DNA of 64,000 nt from Podarcis muralis (lineage: Eukaryota). Location: NCBI RefSeq assembly GCF_964188315.1, contig NC_135664.1, positions 2,170,001 to 2,234,000 on the forward strand. The letters run 5' to 3'. The position numbers and the translations under genes are program-made. The first letter of the stretch is position 1. Each line of letters starts with the position of its first letter. A model generated the notes under the pieces. That model was given only the letters and a program-made list of their open reading frames with translations, was not told the origin of the DNA and made no database searches. This document shows positions 24,887 through 38,591 of this stretch, in pieces.

Positions 24887-25253
24887 TAATTAAAAAAAAC
24901 CTATCGTAATATAAGATTAACATTAAGAAATGGCATGTAAACTAGAAATAACTAGGGAAATCACATTTCAGATTCCATTGCCATTTTCTTTGAAGATTTA
25001 TTAAGCAGGGAAGCAGGTAAACGGAGAAGAGGAATCAGAGTCCTGTGGCACAAACCTCAGTTGTCCTGAACGAATTATGAAGAACAAGATATTCTGGTCA
25101 CCCCAATGGTCAGTGGGGGTTGAAGGGACCCTGATGAGGGCGTCAAAGGCTGCAGACCATATATCTGTTTCAATTCACCCTATGAGTGAATGACATACCC
25201 ACAAATACTCCTAACTGTTCCTCTTTGTTGCACCTTCTTGTCTTTCTGGTTAG

Positions 25254-26965
25254 GCCGTACCTCGTTCCAGGTGTACAGAGAGATGTCGACCTGGATATGC
25301 CAAGGTGGTTCTAGAAGAAAAGCCCGTTTGCTGCTATGCTTGTGCTCGGTGTGCGGAAGGGACCTTCTCCGCCCAGGAAGGTGGGTGACTCCAAGGAGAA
25401 AGGTATTTCTGGAGAGAGTAAACACAGGGCAGTAATCCAGTCTCACCCACTTTTTGTGAGATTTCTGCAGACATTGGGGAATGTGGATTCTTCCTCGACA
25501 TCCATAGGATTAATCAACTTTATTACATCCAGGAAGGGAGTTGAAAGGAGTGGTCATAAGGAAGAAATCTCTGGGGTTGAAAGTGGGCAGCTGTGAGAGG
25601 AATGCCCATAAAGCATTCTTTCTTTATTTTTTATACCAAGTCACACCAAAAAGGAAATCATGTTGACATTTATAAAGAGTAATGGACAGGTGATGCAAAC
25701 CAGCAAATTTTTAATAGCAAAAGCACAATAAAAAATGAACAATACTTCATATGAAAATTATTACAATATAATCAATGGACTGTTTTGATCTCACTACTAG
25801 GAACATTGCATGGAAGCAACAGAAAACTGCATTTCAAATGTCAAGTTAAAGAGCTGTTTCTTCAGGATTAGGCAGGATCCAAAAAAATGCAGTTAACAGA
25901 AGCGGAGTGCTCATTGCTACTCAGTTTATCCTACATCACAATTTTGCTTTACCTATTTTAACATTCTTATTTCCTGAGGTCCACCGCAGAGTTTTTCAAA
26001 ACGTAAAAGAGCACAGATCATCAGGGATGTAAGTGATGTTGCAGCCACTCTTTTTCTCTTCCCCAGATGCAGAACATTGCACCAAATGCTCAGAAGATCA
26101 CCATTCAAACAAGGACAGAGATCAATGTGTCCCCAAGATTATTACCTTCCTGACTTATGAAGAATATTTGGGAATGGTTTTAGCTTCCGTTACCCTCTTC
26201 TTATCTATAACTGCAGGCACTGTGTTGGGAATCTTCATTAAATACAAGGAAACTCCCATAGTCAAAGCCAACAACCGGGACCTTTCCTACATCCTCCTCG
26301 TCTCCCTCCTGCTTTCCTTTTTGTCCTCCTTCCTCTTCATCGGGCGCCCAAGGAAAGAGACCTGCCTTCTCCGACAAACGGCCTTCAGCATCATCTTCTC
26401 AGTTGCTGTTTCTTCTGTCTTGGCAAAGACCATCACGGTGGTGCTGGCCTTCCTGGCCACAAAGCCCGGGAACAGGGTGAGGAGATGGCTGGGCAAGAGT
26501 CTGGCCAACTCCATTGTCATCTCCTGTTCTGGGGGGCAAGTTCTCATCTGCACCATCTGGCTGGGCTCTTCTCCCCCATTCCCAGAGCCCGACATGCGCT
26601 CCCAGGTGGAAGAGATCATCCTGCAATGCAACGAAGGGTCTGTGGCCATGTTTTACGTTGCCCTCGGCTACCTGGGCTTCTTGGCTGCCACCTGCTTCAC
26701 GGTGGCTTTCCTAGCCAGGAAGTTGCCCGGCTCCTTCAACGAAGCCAAGCTGATCACCTTCAGCATGCTGGTCTTCTGCAGTGTTTGGGTGTCTTTTGTG
26801 CCCACCTACCTGAGCACCAAGGGCAAGTACATGGTGGCCGTGCAGATCTTCTCTATGTTGGCCTCCAGTGCTGGGCTTCTGGGCTGCATCTTCCTTCCCA
26901 AGTGCTACATGATTGTGCTGAGGCCTGATCTGAACACAAAGGAGCACCTGACAACCAGAAATTAA
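25254..26965 (+). pseudogene. Vmn2r: V2R fragment, exons 5-6 (25254-25380, 26067-26965), reading frame open
   Basis: 127-nt exon TTAG|GCC...GAAG|GT and 899-nt 7TM exon. The gene begins mid-intron 4 at 23436. Confidence 0.92.
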
Positions 26966-27940
26966 GGGGACATATGATTCTTAAAATAGTCCATGTTCCC
27001 GATGCCCAGAAGTGCATAAAGGAAAGACACTTGCTCATCCATGTTGCTCATTCTTCATCTGTGAAAGAGATTGTGTTCATTCTTAGCCCAGGTTTTGTGT
27101 AGTCCTGTTGACATGAACCGTAAGATGGGAGGAAATGTTTTGCTACCTTGCTTTGCCAAGGACTACAATGAGTCCTGGTCTACTGCCCTTAGTTTGTAAA
27201 GTTTTATCATTTAATCATTTTTTGCTTTGAGAAGTTATATTTATCTCACAACAAGATAGGCTGGAGGGAGAGAGGAGTTAGGTCTTTGAGTGTGATTCCT
27301 TTGTCCTAACTACCTATTAACCATATCAATTCTGATATTCAACAATAGTTTCTAGTTATGTCATTTCTATTTATTGAATTTTCTCCATTTTCTACATGTA
27401 TGCTGTATCATTCATAAGTACACTTCACGTCATTTTGTTCTCCTAAGCTTTGTATATCAATAAACTGAGAAATTCATTTAAGACATCTTCCGTAGTCTGT
27501 TGGTTTAATTTCTGTATTGTGTAAGCTCTGCTCTCTGTTCCAAAAAGTAGCAACTGACCTTAGCCAAGCCTTGACTGGAGTCCAATGGGTTTTATTACAC
27601 TGGCCTGGATGTGACATGTTGTGCACTGATGTTGAGTGGATCACCAGATTACGAGTGAGCCAGCAAGAAGTTTAGCATTGGAGGAAAGCAATGAGACGAT
27701 GCCAGATAGTTGGATTCCCTGCCTGCCAAACCTTTTAAGAGGAGGCATCTTATGCTCAGTCAGGAAGGAAAAGCAAGAGGCCTCCTCCTCCAACTCAGGT
27801 TCCTCCCATTCAGGTCCCCATTTATAGAGCAAAACCAAGATCAGATGGGAAGTGAAAATAATTGACAGAACAGCCACTGATGAAGCATTTATATTAATTA
27901 GTCAAGATTGCATCGTACTTAAACTTTCATCACTTCAAAT

Positions 27941-29070
27941 AATTTTTATTAACTGGCCAATCACATCAAATTTAATCACATCACATAAATTCCGAATTAC
28001 AAAGCCAAATTTTGAATTTTGTTGGGGGGGACCCATATTTCAAGATCCGAAGGGGAATTCTGATCTTCTTCTTGCTGCTGCGTTAATGTCCAAATCAGTC
28101 CAAATCAGTCCAGACAGAGTTCATAATTCTATCCCATCTTATCTTGCTGTTTCCACATCACATCTTGTTCATATATTTTCTCTTTTTTCTTTATGATCTC
28201 TTCTGATAGTCTCCTTAAGCCAATAAACACCAATAGTAATAATAACCCTGTGTGAATTTTCCGTTCTTCCAATCCTCAAATCAAGATGGTTTCCATATAT
28301 CATCTCCTTCATAGATAACATCGCTCTTTCCATCATAATCTTGCAAAACTGTCGCTCTTAAGTCCCACTGAGGAGTTTAATCCACAATATATAAACAGCT
28401 TTGTTTCTCTCTTTCTCCTCCCAGACTCAAGACCTCCGACAGAGCTTCCCAATATGGCGATGGCATTTTTAACTGCGTCATTCCAAAGCTCTTATACATT
28501 CCACGCTCTTCTTAAAACATGCTTTGGTTCGAAAGTTTATCTCCACACAGCCTTAAATCCACAGCTTAAGTCCTTAAAACAACATTTCTGACTCATAAGG
28601 GGAGGGGATTCTTGTTTAATCACATAAGAAAAGAAAGGAAAGTTTTTTTTCCCTCCCCCATCAGTCATTTGCCGTACCGTGTCTTGGCGTATCTTCTCAT
28701 GATTATTCTTGTCTTGTTTTATCAGAGATCTCTTCTGTCAGCAGTCTTTACTCCCCCTTCTTCCTTGAGATATGTGCAATTCGCCTCATCCAAATTGTTT
28801 CTTTTGAAGTTCTTGCAGCTAGTGGCGCGAATCAGGGACGGCGTCCAGGAGTGCCAAAATCCCACAGGAGGGCTTTGTGCCTAGTGCCCCCATCCCCACA
28901 AATTCAGGGGTGGTATAAGGCACAGCAGGCAAGGGCCGCCCCACCACCATCCTGGGGGGGGGGGGGGTTAGGGAGGCTAATTACCCCCATCATAGCCTCC
29001 AAATTACCTCGTGTGGGTCGGAGAGATGTTATTGTCAGCCATCTTCCGATGCGCCCCCTAGTGGCCCCCC
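27941..29070 (-). mobile_element. Mirror copy of the 1.13-kb retroposon
   Basis: TSD AAACTTTCATCACTTCAAAT at 27921-27940 and 29071-29090. Confidence 0.88.
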
Positions 29071-30578
29071 AAACTTTCATCACTTCAAATTGGTGGAAAC
29101 TTTCATTGTTATTATGATTCAACTTGTAGCATTCCAATGAAGGGTGCTATATAAATTTAAGCTGGGAGGAGCCTCTGGCTTAACTCATTTTATTATTCTT
29201 ACTAATATTAATAAGTAATAAAATATGAATTTGGGGGAGGGGAATACATTACATTAGTGTCCAGTCATTGCATTTCTATAGGATTTTTCATTTCAATCAA
29301 TCAAATCTTTATTACAGTAGTAGACCAGCATCAGTAGAGTGGGGTACAATCATTTTCAGTCTGTAAAACGTTTTGGAAAGCAAAAAAAAGTATTTAACAC
29401 AAAGTATATATAAAAGTCTAAAAGAAGGGTTTAGGAGCATTAAACGGATGTGGAAGAGCATAAAAGGTTAGTATATAAAGACTATGGCCACCAATTTACA
29501 GAGCACTCTGATATGAGTGTTCATTAAATCTAGCATAATAATAGTAATGAAAAGGTGTTGCAATGGAGGAGTGCAGGGAAAAGAAAACTCCTTGCACTCA
29601 TTCTTTCTTGCTAAAGAATTAAAAGATTTCTCTGCTTTTCTCCTTCTTTTTCCCTTGGGTGGTGTGTTCAGCGGTCACCCTCAGGGGAAACAGGTCCCCC
29701 CCCCCTTGGAGGAAATGGACTGATCGGAACCTGGCTGTGACATCGGCTCAGAATCCCAGCCTCACTTTACAGTTGAGGCCAACAGCCTTTTGGTGGTTTC
29801 TCTGCAAGTGAATCAGAAAAAACTCTTATTGGACACCGAAAAAGCAAAGTCTGAAGACTGATGTCTGGAGAAATGGTGAGGGGACCAGCAGGAAACTGCT
29901 AAGGGAGTTTTGAGTCCTTTTATTCTGTTGCAGTTGCAGAGAAAGGAGGGTGGGGGGTGGGGGGGTGGGGTCCGCCCCAGGTGTCATCACTGAGGGGGGT
30001 GGGAAAAGGACATAAAGCCGAGTTTAAAATAAAAATAAAAATTGGGCTCACCAAACCTTTTAGTTGAGTCAAAAAACGCGGCTGGCACTGGGCGCCGCAT
30101 CGCGGGGGCTGGCACTTACCGGGGGGGGGTGTGTGTGCAGAGTGCCTGATCCACGCATCTCTCCTGGGGGTGACTTGGTGGCTTGGGCCCCTGCAGGCTG
30201 GGTGCTGCCTGAAACAGAAGCGTGGGGCTTGCGTCTGCCCCCTGCCTCTCCCTCAGCCGCCCTACAGCTGGGGGGGAGGCAGAGGATAGGCTCCAGAAAG
30301 CCCACAGGACCCCCGCGTTGAACCGGGCACCCAAGCAGCTGGCTATACCCCTGTTCTGTTGTTTGAATTATGGGTGCCTTGAGAGTGAATGTGCTGTGCT
30401 TGCTGCCCCACTCGTCCTGATGGACCAGCCCCCCATGGCGCCAGGGCTGTAGGGCTTCCCTGGCTAGCGACTCAATGTGGGCAAGAGAGTTTCCCTTCTG
30501 GGTTCCTCTCTCATTTTGGGATGCTCTCTTTCTCCTCTCTCCCCACCGTCAACTCTGGGGTCCTGTCTCTGCTAGCAG

Positions 30579-32715
30579 TCAGCCACCGAGGAGGACATTC
30601 TCAATGTCAAGGAGGACGAAGGAAAAGGCGAGGAGGAGACCGCAAAACGGCTGGATCTCCTCAGCCCTGACTGGGTAGGTGGCCGTGGCCTAAGTGGTGA
30701 TTGGCAGAAGGGGAGGGAAGCATATCAACCGCAGAATGGAACTGTTGTTTCAGTTATGGGTGCCTTGAGTTTTAACGTTTGGTTGCGTTTTTTAATTGCT
30801 CGTTTTTTGCATCTTTTCCTTGCAGGTTCCAAGTATGTCACCATTTTCTAGTGTTTCCTCCCTGTCCTCCCTGGATTCCCTTTGGGACTCCCTCAATGAG
30901 GTACGTAGCAGACAGAGCAGGAGGGAAGCCCTGCTGAGCTGGAGAACCCTGAGGCTGGGGAGGAGGAGGAGGAGGAGGAAGCCGGCTGGCCGGTTAGGCC
31001 ACCTTCTGGACTGGTCGTGAGCAAGGGGGCACGCAGGCAGGGGGCTGCTGGGGGCAGATGGGCTTGCTGCCCCACTTGTCCTGATGGACCAGCCCCCCAT
31101 GGCGCCAGGGCTGTAGGGCTTCCCTGGCTAGCGACTCAATGTGGGTTCCTGTCTCATTCTGGGCTCCTCTCTTTCTCCCCTCTCCCCACCACCAATGCCA
31201 CCACCTCTGGGGTCCTGTCTCTGCTGGCAGGCAGCCTCTGAAGTGGCTATCGAGGAGGAAGAGCCACAGGAAGTACCAGAGAGCCCCCCAGAGGAGGACG
31301 GGGAGGCCCTTTATTTGCCGTGCACCCCACCTGGAGAACACCTGGAGGCAAGCGTAATCGAGGTCAGACGAAACATACATTCATTCATGTCATATGAAAA
31401 GCTTCCCTGAACAGGGCTGTCTTCACATGTCTTCTAAAAGTCAGATAGTTGTTTATTTCTTTGACATCTGGCGGGAGGGCGTTCCACTGGGCGGGTGCCA
31501 CTACCGAGAAGGCCCTCTGCCTGGTTCCCTGTAACTTCACTTATCGCAGTGGGGAACCGCCAGAAGGCCCTCAGCACTGGATCTCAGAACGATGGGGGTG
31601 GAGATAATTCTCCTGGGTTGCTTTTGGTTTGGTGTTTGTTTTGTAAGATATCTCTTTTGAATGCGTTTCCAGGTGGCTCCTGCCAAATGAAGTTATTAAT
31701 TGCAAAGTGGGTTTGGCGATAATAAAACCATGTTGGCACTTTGCAAAGCCGGTTCTCTCTGGGGTTTTCCTGCCTCCTATACCTTCCCCCCACCCTCTTG
31801 TTCTTGGTTTTGTGTCTCGTTGAGATCTCTCCAAGGCTGACCACATGAGAACTTGGGAGAGGAGTGTTCCCTCCTGACTACAACCCTTTCATATAACGCC
31901 TTGCCCCCAAAAAGAAAAGGAGGGATTATGACAGCCTGCCACCACACAGGCCCTTCTCCTTCACAAACGGTCTGGAGGCAGCAACACAAGAAGGGGCCTT
32001 TTCTGTGGTGGCTCCCCACTTGCGGAATGCTCTTCCCAGGGAGGCTCATCTGGCATCTTCATTATGTATCTTTAGGTGCCAAGCAAAGACGTTTCTCTAG
32101 AACAGAGCTTTCCAAACTGTGTGCTCCTCCCAGGGCTGGAAAAGGGCTAGTTGAACTGAATCCCTGTGTTGCGAAATGAGGCATGTCTCCAAAGTGTGTC
32201 ACCAACATGGAAAGTTCTGCTCTAGAACCAGCCTTGGGCTAATTGGCCAACGCATGGCATTTTCAACATGCTTGTGGATTGGGAGGCTGGCTTATGAGTT
32301 CGTTTTTGTTTTTAATACATATGTTGTGTTTTTATTTTGTATTTTTATGCTGTAAGCCGCCCTGACAGCTTCAGATGAAGGACGGCGTACGGATTTAATC
32401 AATCAATTGTTTGTTTGTTTGATTGATTGATTAATGATTGCGGCATTTTCCCAGAATCTGGAGGTGAATTGTTTACTTTTCTCACAGGACTGTGAGGAAG
32501 AGAGGCCTCCGAAGACCCCCACTTGCCTGGGTTCCATCATCTCCCGGATTCGCAAGATCTTCAGAAGAGCGCTGCCGCCAGCACCACCAGTGCCACCAGA
32601 GCAACCCAATACAAGAGGCAGCAGTGGGGTGCAGGGGGAAAGGAGGCCACTCTGCACGTGGCTCAGGCGCTGGATGCGGCAGCATCGCAGCTGTGTCCAC
32701 CCTGAACCAAGATGA
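30579..32715 (+). CDS. Putative novel spliced gene (exons 30579-30674, 30826-30900, 31231-31362, 32488-32715); 141 aa from ATG 30835
   Basis: Exons of 96, 75, 132 and 228 nt, each preceded by a pyrimidine tract and AG; the first three end in GT and the last ends in the stop codon. All junctions phase 0. AATAAA at 32932. Confidence 0.62.
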
Positions 32716-35405
32716 GGAGGAGTTGGGAGGCTTGCACCGATCCGCCCAGGGGATTTTGCCACCCCCCCCTGGGATGACACTCGGGGCGATACCCCCCCCC
32801 CACACCCCACCTTCCTCCGCCAGTGGTGGCAGGGGAAGTAGCACCTGGAGGCGCCCGAGTCCCTAAGGGACATTTCCTTTCTGTTGTCCTTGCACAGGTC
32901 TTAATCCTTGTGGTCCAAACTGGAGAGGAGGAATAAAAGATCTGAGCGCGGAGGCAAGCGGGGCGAGAAACCCAACCCCATGTGGCCCTACGCTGGCGTC
33001 CCACACGGCCAGCCCCAGTCCTAGAGCCCGACACCTTTTGAGATTGCGGAGCAGAACGGAGAAGACAGCGGGCAAAGGGTGGACGGCGAAGGAGAAGTGC
33101 GAGAGAACGACAGCGTCTACGGTGGCGGAGGAGAAGGAGAAGGCAGGACTGAGAGGGGAACGATCCTGGAAGGTGGCTTGAAAAGAAAGGGCAATATGGC
33201 GTAGGAAAACTGCTAGCTCACGCTGCCCATGCCCAAAGGAGGAGGAGGAAAGAAAGGAGGAAAGCAAGCGAGCAAGAAGGGACAGCTAAAGAAAGAACTG
33301 AGAAAAGAGACAGTGAGACCTTCTGGGGGTCAAAGAAATTACAATAAGAAGGAAACTGAGAGTTTTTAGGTTGCGCTCCGCGGCAACCTGGAAGTAACAA
33401 AACGAAATTTAAAGTTTACCTTAAGAATTGTTGTAAAATTGATGAGTGCTAAAATGTCAAGGTTAAGAAAATATAGAATTACAGCTGTAAATTGATTAAG
33501 TAATGGAAGAAAGGGGGGGGGAGAAAATGAGTAATCAGTCAATTGAAGCGAGGGGTTGCTGAAGAAATTTTGAAATAGGGATGCAGAAGGGGGAGGTATG
33601 GGGAAGTCGGGGAAGTAAGGTTTATGAAAAAGAGGTTGTGAAATTATACGTGTTTATATGTTTGTGTGTTTATGTATTGTTTATTGTATTGTTTTTTATT
33701 TATGTTGGAAAATTAATAAAAATTTATATATATAAAAAAAGGAAGTAACAAAACGCATTATTTCCGGGTTTTGCCATTCGCGCAAACGCTCAAAATGATG
33801 TCACGCACATGCATGGAAGCAGCGAATCGCGACCAGCACACGTGCAGACGTGGGTTGCGTTCGCTTCAGGATGCAAAGGGGGCTCCGGAACGGATCCCGT
33901 TCGCATCCAGAGGTACCACTGTATACTAATGGGAGACTTAAATGGAGTTACATCGTTAGAGATGGGAGTTATTTGCCCAATCAAGTGGGGCATGGATTTT
34001 ATGAAACAGATCAAACAAACAAACAAACAAATATTGATAAAGAATAATAAAGCTGCTAGAATGCTAGCCTGGCTTGTGCACAGACAATTTGTTTATGAGT
34101 AGAGAAGTTTCTGCTCAAAGACGGGGAGCAAGTTGGTTCCATGTGCAACAGAAGCTCACCTTCCCCAAAACATGTCAAAGGGCAAAAGGTTTAAGGCTCA
34201 GAGCAACCTTTCTCCCCTCCACCAACCCCAGAGAGCTTCCCTCTGTTGGAGAAGCCTTTCAAAGATGGGGTGGAAATTCACTTGAAGTGGCTCCGAAGCC
34301 ACCAAGGTGCTACTTCCCTTCAGGGGGAGAACCAGAAGAGAGTGGCAGGAATCAAGCAGCCCAGACCCACCCATAGCGGCCAGAGGGTGGGCTTGAGAAA
34401 ACCCTCCCCATCGCAGGTTCCACCAGTCTCTGTTTCTAGAAGCCGCCAGGAAACAAAATCCCACCGCCATGTATCCCGTTCACAGTACTGAGGATGGCAT
34501 TTCTCTGCATTCTCCATTTTTTTTATTTTTTTAAATTTACTTATTGACTCTATATAAAGCCCTATGCCTGGAGGTCTCAGGGTGGTTCAGAGAGCAAAAT
34601 CAAAATATAAAACCACAATATATATAATCAAAATAAAAACAACAACCCAATAACAGCCTCTGCCCTCCCAAAAAACCCCACATTTTAAAAGGGCTTAGGA
34701 TGCCTGGGATACAAGGCTGGGACTCCCACATCTGGCTGTTGTCCATCCCTGACTCTCCCACCTCATATGAATCATAGAATGGGAGACTTGGAAAGGGACC
34801 CCAAGGTCCTCTAGTCCAACCCTCTGCAATGCAGGAATCTCAGCTAAAGAATCCCAACAGATGGCCATCCACCCTCTGCTTCAAAACCTCCAAGGAAGGA
34901 GAGTCCATGGTCGGATCCAGCTCCTTCTTTGGTCCTTGGGAGCAAAGTTCAGGCCAAACTTCCAACTTCCAAACACACCCCTGTCCATCATGTTTTTCTC
35001 CAGCTCTGCACCTGCCACTTGAGCCATTCAAGACTTCAGAAAGTTATTGTGGTGAAACTTATTCCACTTGGAATAATCAAAATTATAGTCATCTCATCTT
35101 CTGAAAGCTCAGGAGATATTTCTGTAGATTGCATGAGCCTCGGAAAGCAACATGACAATATTAATTGCGCTGTGTCTGGGAAAGAAAAAGTTGGTGCCGA
35201 GAATATTTCCTGTGTTGGAGACAGACTGAGTCAAGATGCAGAGCTGGCAAAAGAGGGGTGTGCCTGCCTTGTGCTTCCGAGCTCCAAAGGTATAGTTGAA
35301 AACCACCCAGATTGGGAAAGCCCACCCAGTCTGGTCTTGCAAGAGTCTTTGGGTTCTTCTGCTTCGCCTCCTTGGCAAGTAAGAGGAGGAGGAGGCAGAG
35401 CCAGA

Positions 35406-35519
35406 ATGAGATCCCTGCTCCTTCTGTTGCTGCTTCTGCTGCTCATGATGCCCTTTGGAGTCTGCGGGAACCCAAGACTTGGGAGGGACCTGGAGGGATC
35501 TCACCTGAAGCATCCATGA
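35406..35519 (+). pseudogene. Possible V2R exon-1 remnant (signal peptide)
   Basis: ATG at 35406 gives [21 protein letters not shown]. It then runs into CR1-like antisense sequence and stops. Confidence 0.45.
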
Positions 35520-36003
35520 CACACGGTCACCTTCGGAGGGAGACTGTTCCACTGCTCAACAGCTCTGTGTGCATCAAAGCTCCGGTCATGGAGCAGAGAT
35601 TTCCAAATTTTTGTTCTATGCTAGACAGGTTTGATATTAGTGTGAAAGGATAAATAAATACTAATCTTTGTGGATCATATAATGTTTCCTCCCCCCCATT
35701 CATATGAATATCAGTTTCACTCTTTTTAAAGAATTCATTTATTGCAGGGAAACTAGGTCCTGCTTTCAAACATTGTCTTTCCTGTGACGTTTGGTGGAGG
35801 AAGGAGAGCAATGGGGACACGCAAGGCTACAACCGTGGCAGGTATTTCCTTCCCCTTTTTGCAACCTGCAGTCCACACAGATGCCGATCTTGACTGGGGA
35901 TAGACCTGTAAAATAACATAGTTACTATTAGTACTAGTAATAGAAGCATACAGCCCAACATTTCTCTGATGAAAATAGAGACGTCCCATTCCATAACGAT
36001 AAT

Positions 36004-38090
36004 CACTGGGCAACAATTTTTTACTTTTTGAATGTTGTCTAGATTTCTACAACTGCTTTAGGGTATTTTTGCACTGCTGAATCAGGAAATGGCATACGTT
36101 TATCTCCATCAGGTCAGGGTTTTGTGCTATGTTGATTTGAAAAAAATCAGATCTTGTGACAAAATCAATTACATTTTTGTGGCATTATCGGCTGATTTTT
36201 GTCAACACATATCATCCTAAATATGTTTTTAAGAGAATAAAAATGTTTTTCCAACAACATATATTGATTACCTGATAGAAACATCGATTACTGTAAACTG
36301 AATGGTGGGCATTGATAAAGGTAAGTACACGTAAATTGCATGTTGCTTCACCATTTTTCAAACTTCAGGGCTTGAACTTCTTGGAACTCCTGGAATGCTC
36401 AGCGGCAGGGAGGTCTCTCTTCAGAGTCCAACAGTAGTCAGCCATTATGACTGCGTCCCAGCGACCCTGATACCTGGTCTCCATCTCTTTCATGTCCTGA
36501 TGGAATCTCTCCCCCTGCTCGTCACTCATTGAACCCAGGTTCTCAGGAAACCGGTCCATATGTGAAAATAGGTAGTCCATCTTGACGCTCATGTTGCAGC
36601 CCAGGTTTCTGAAAGCAGTCAGCATGTTGTTGACAAATTCTGCGTAGTTTCTGGCCTTATTGTTGCCAAGAAAGTTATTCACTACCAGAACAAATGCCTT
36701 CCACGCTTCCAGTTCCACTTTGTTCATTGAGTTTCCGAACTCTGGATCTCTGATGAGCTGACGGATCTGAGGACTGTCAAAGATGCCAGCTTTCAACTTC
36801 TCCATGGTCAATCCTGGAAAAGCCTGGCACAAGTAAGTGAATCAGTCACCATCCTTGTCCAGAGCCTTGGTGAACTGCTTGATTAAGCCGAGCTTGATGT
36901 GCAGCGGTGGGAAGAGTATTCTGTCTCTGTCCACCAGAGGGTCGTTGAAGACGTTCCTTTCTTTGCAAGGCACTAATTCCTCCCGCACAGGCCAGTCCTT
37001 CTTCGTGTAATGCTGAGCACGGTCCCTACTATCCCACATGCACAGAAAACATCGGTACTGGTTGCCGTTCTTTAGCAGAACACATTTCAGTGATCACTTG
37101 CTGCTGTTAATGAACAGTCTCCAATCTTTGGGTTCGTACTGTGGCACTCCAAGCTTGAGCAGAAGCTGCGCAATATCTGCACAGTACACCAAGTCCTTCT
37201 CTTCCGAGAAAAAACGGAGGTACTCTTGATGCCTGTTGCAGAAGAAGCTGATGCAAGCACTGTCAGAGAGGTTTTTTTCCTTCAGTCTGGATGCCAACAG
37301 TTCGGCAGAGTCCTTTGACAAGCTGAGGTCGCGAACTAGATCATTCAACTCCTTTTGGGAAAATGGATGTGGAGCATCATCTTCAAGAACCACTTCTTCT
37401 TCATGTCCTTCAACACTGGAGGCATCTTCGTCACTAATGTCAGGAAGTTCTCCAAAGATAGGCACTGGAATTTCATCACAATGAGCTACAGGACGATGTG
37501 CTGATTGAAGATCAGGATACTTGAGGCTGCTCCAGTTCTTTCTGTTGATCCCAGTCACATCAACAGCACAGAAGTAGCAGTCAGTGACATGGTTTGTCGG
37601 CTCCCTCCAGACCATGGGAATTCCAAAGTTCAGACTCCTCTTGCCATTGGTCCACCCACGAAGAGTCTCTGTGCATGCCTTGCACACCATGTGTGGCGCC
37701 CAAGCTTTATCCTGGTCACCAAGTTTAATACCAAAATAACTTTATGCTTTGCCGCACCAATTTATGGAAGATTTCAAGGTTTTATGACTTCAAACTGATC
37801 CCTTTTCGACATAATCACCCAGAACTATTGGACCTGAATACTTCTTGTCATTAAAATAATCATTTCCAATCAAAACAATTATTTGACATGGCATTTTACC
37901 CCCACCAACTTCTTCTAAAATGCTCCACACAAGCGTACATGTGAACAAAAACGTAAAAAAATGACATGTGGCCATAGCTCAAAAACTTGACCTGATTGAA
38001 CAAAACCAATGTGATTTTTGGATTCAGTGCATCAGATTCGTTCTAAATCAACTGAAAAAACGCAGACAACAAATTTGTTGTTGACCAGTG
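36004..38090 (-). mobile_element. Chapaev3-like transposon, mirror copy
   Basis: Same TIRs and ORF pieces as 10086-12172. Confidence 0.88.
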
Positions 38091-38591
38091 TTTACTGTTG
38101 ATATCCAGAGCTTTTTAAAGGCGGAACTCATTGAAACTCAGTTTTGGCACCTCTCAGGGGGGTGCCATAGAAAAATAGCACTCTTTATACCCCACACGTC
38201 TTTTTGGGTTGCCTCAGCACTCTGGGCAGCTCCCAACATAAAGAAATTCATACTAAAATATTAAACATAATAAAAATTCCCGATATAGGATTGGACGCCT
38301 TGTGGGTCGGATAACTCCACATCTGCCAACATTTCTCCAATGAAAATAGGGACATTCTAAGCAAAGTTGGGAAATTCCAGGATCAAATGAAAAACTGTCT
38401 CTAATTCAGGGACATCCCGGGAAAATTGGGGCACTTGCAGGGTCTTTAGTAATAAAAATGGCTGAATAGGAATTCCAGTCTACATGAGATACACGCAGCC
38501 CCAAATCATAAGAGGTTGAAGTGAGTAGGACTGAGATATCCATCTTGGCTTCCCGTTTTCTTAATGCTGGTGTTTTCCCCTGCCATTCCAG

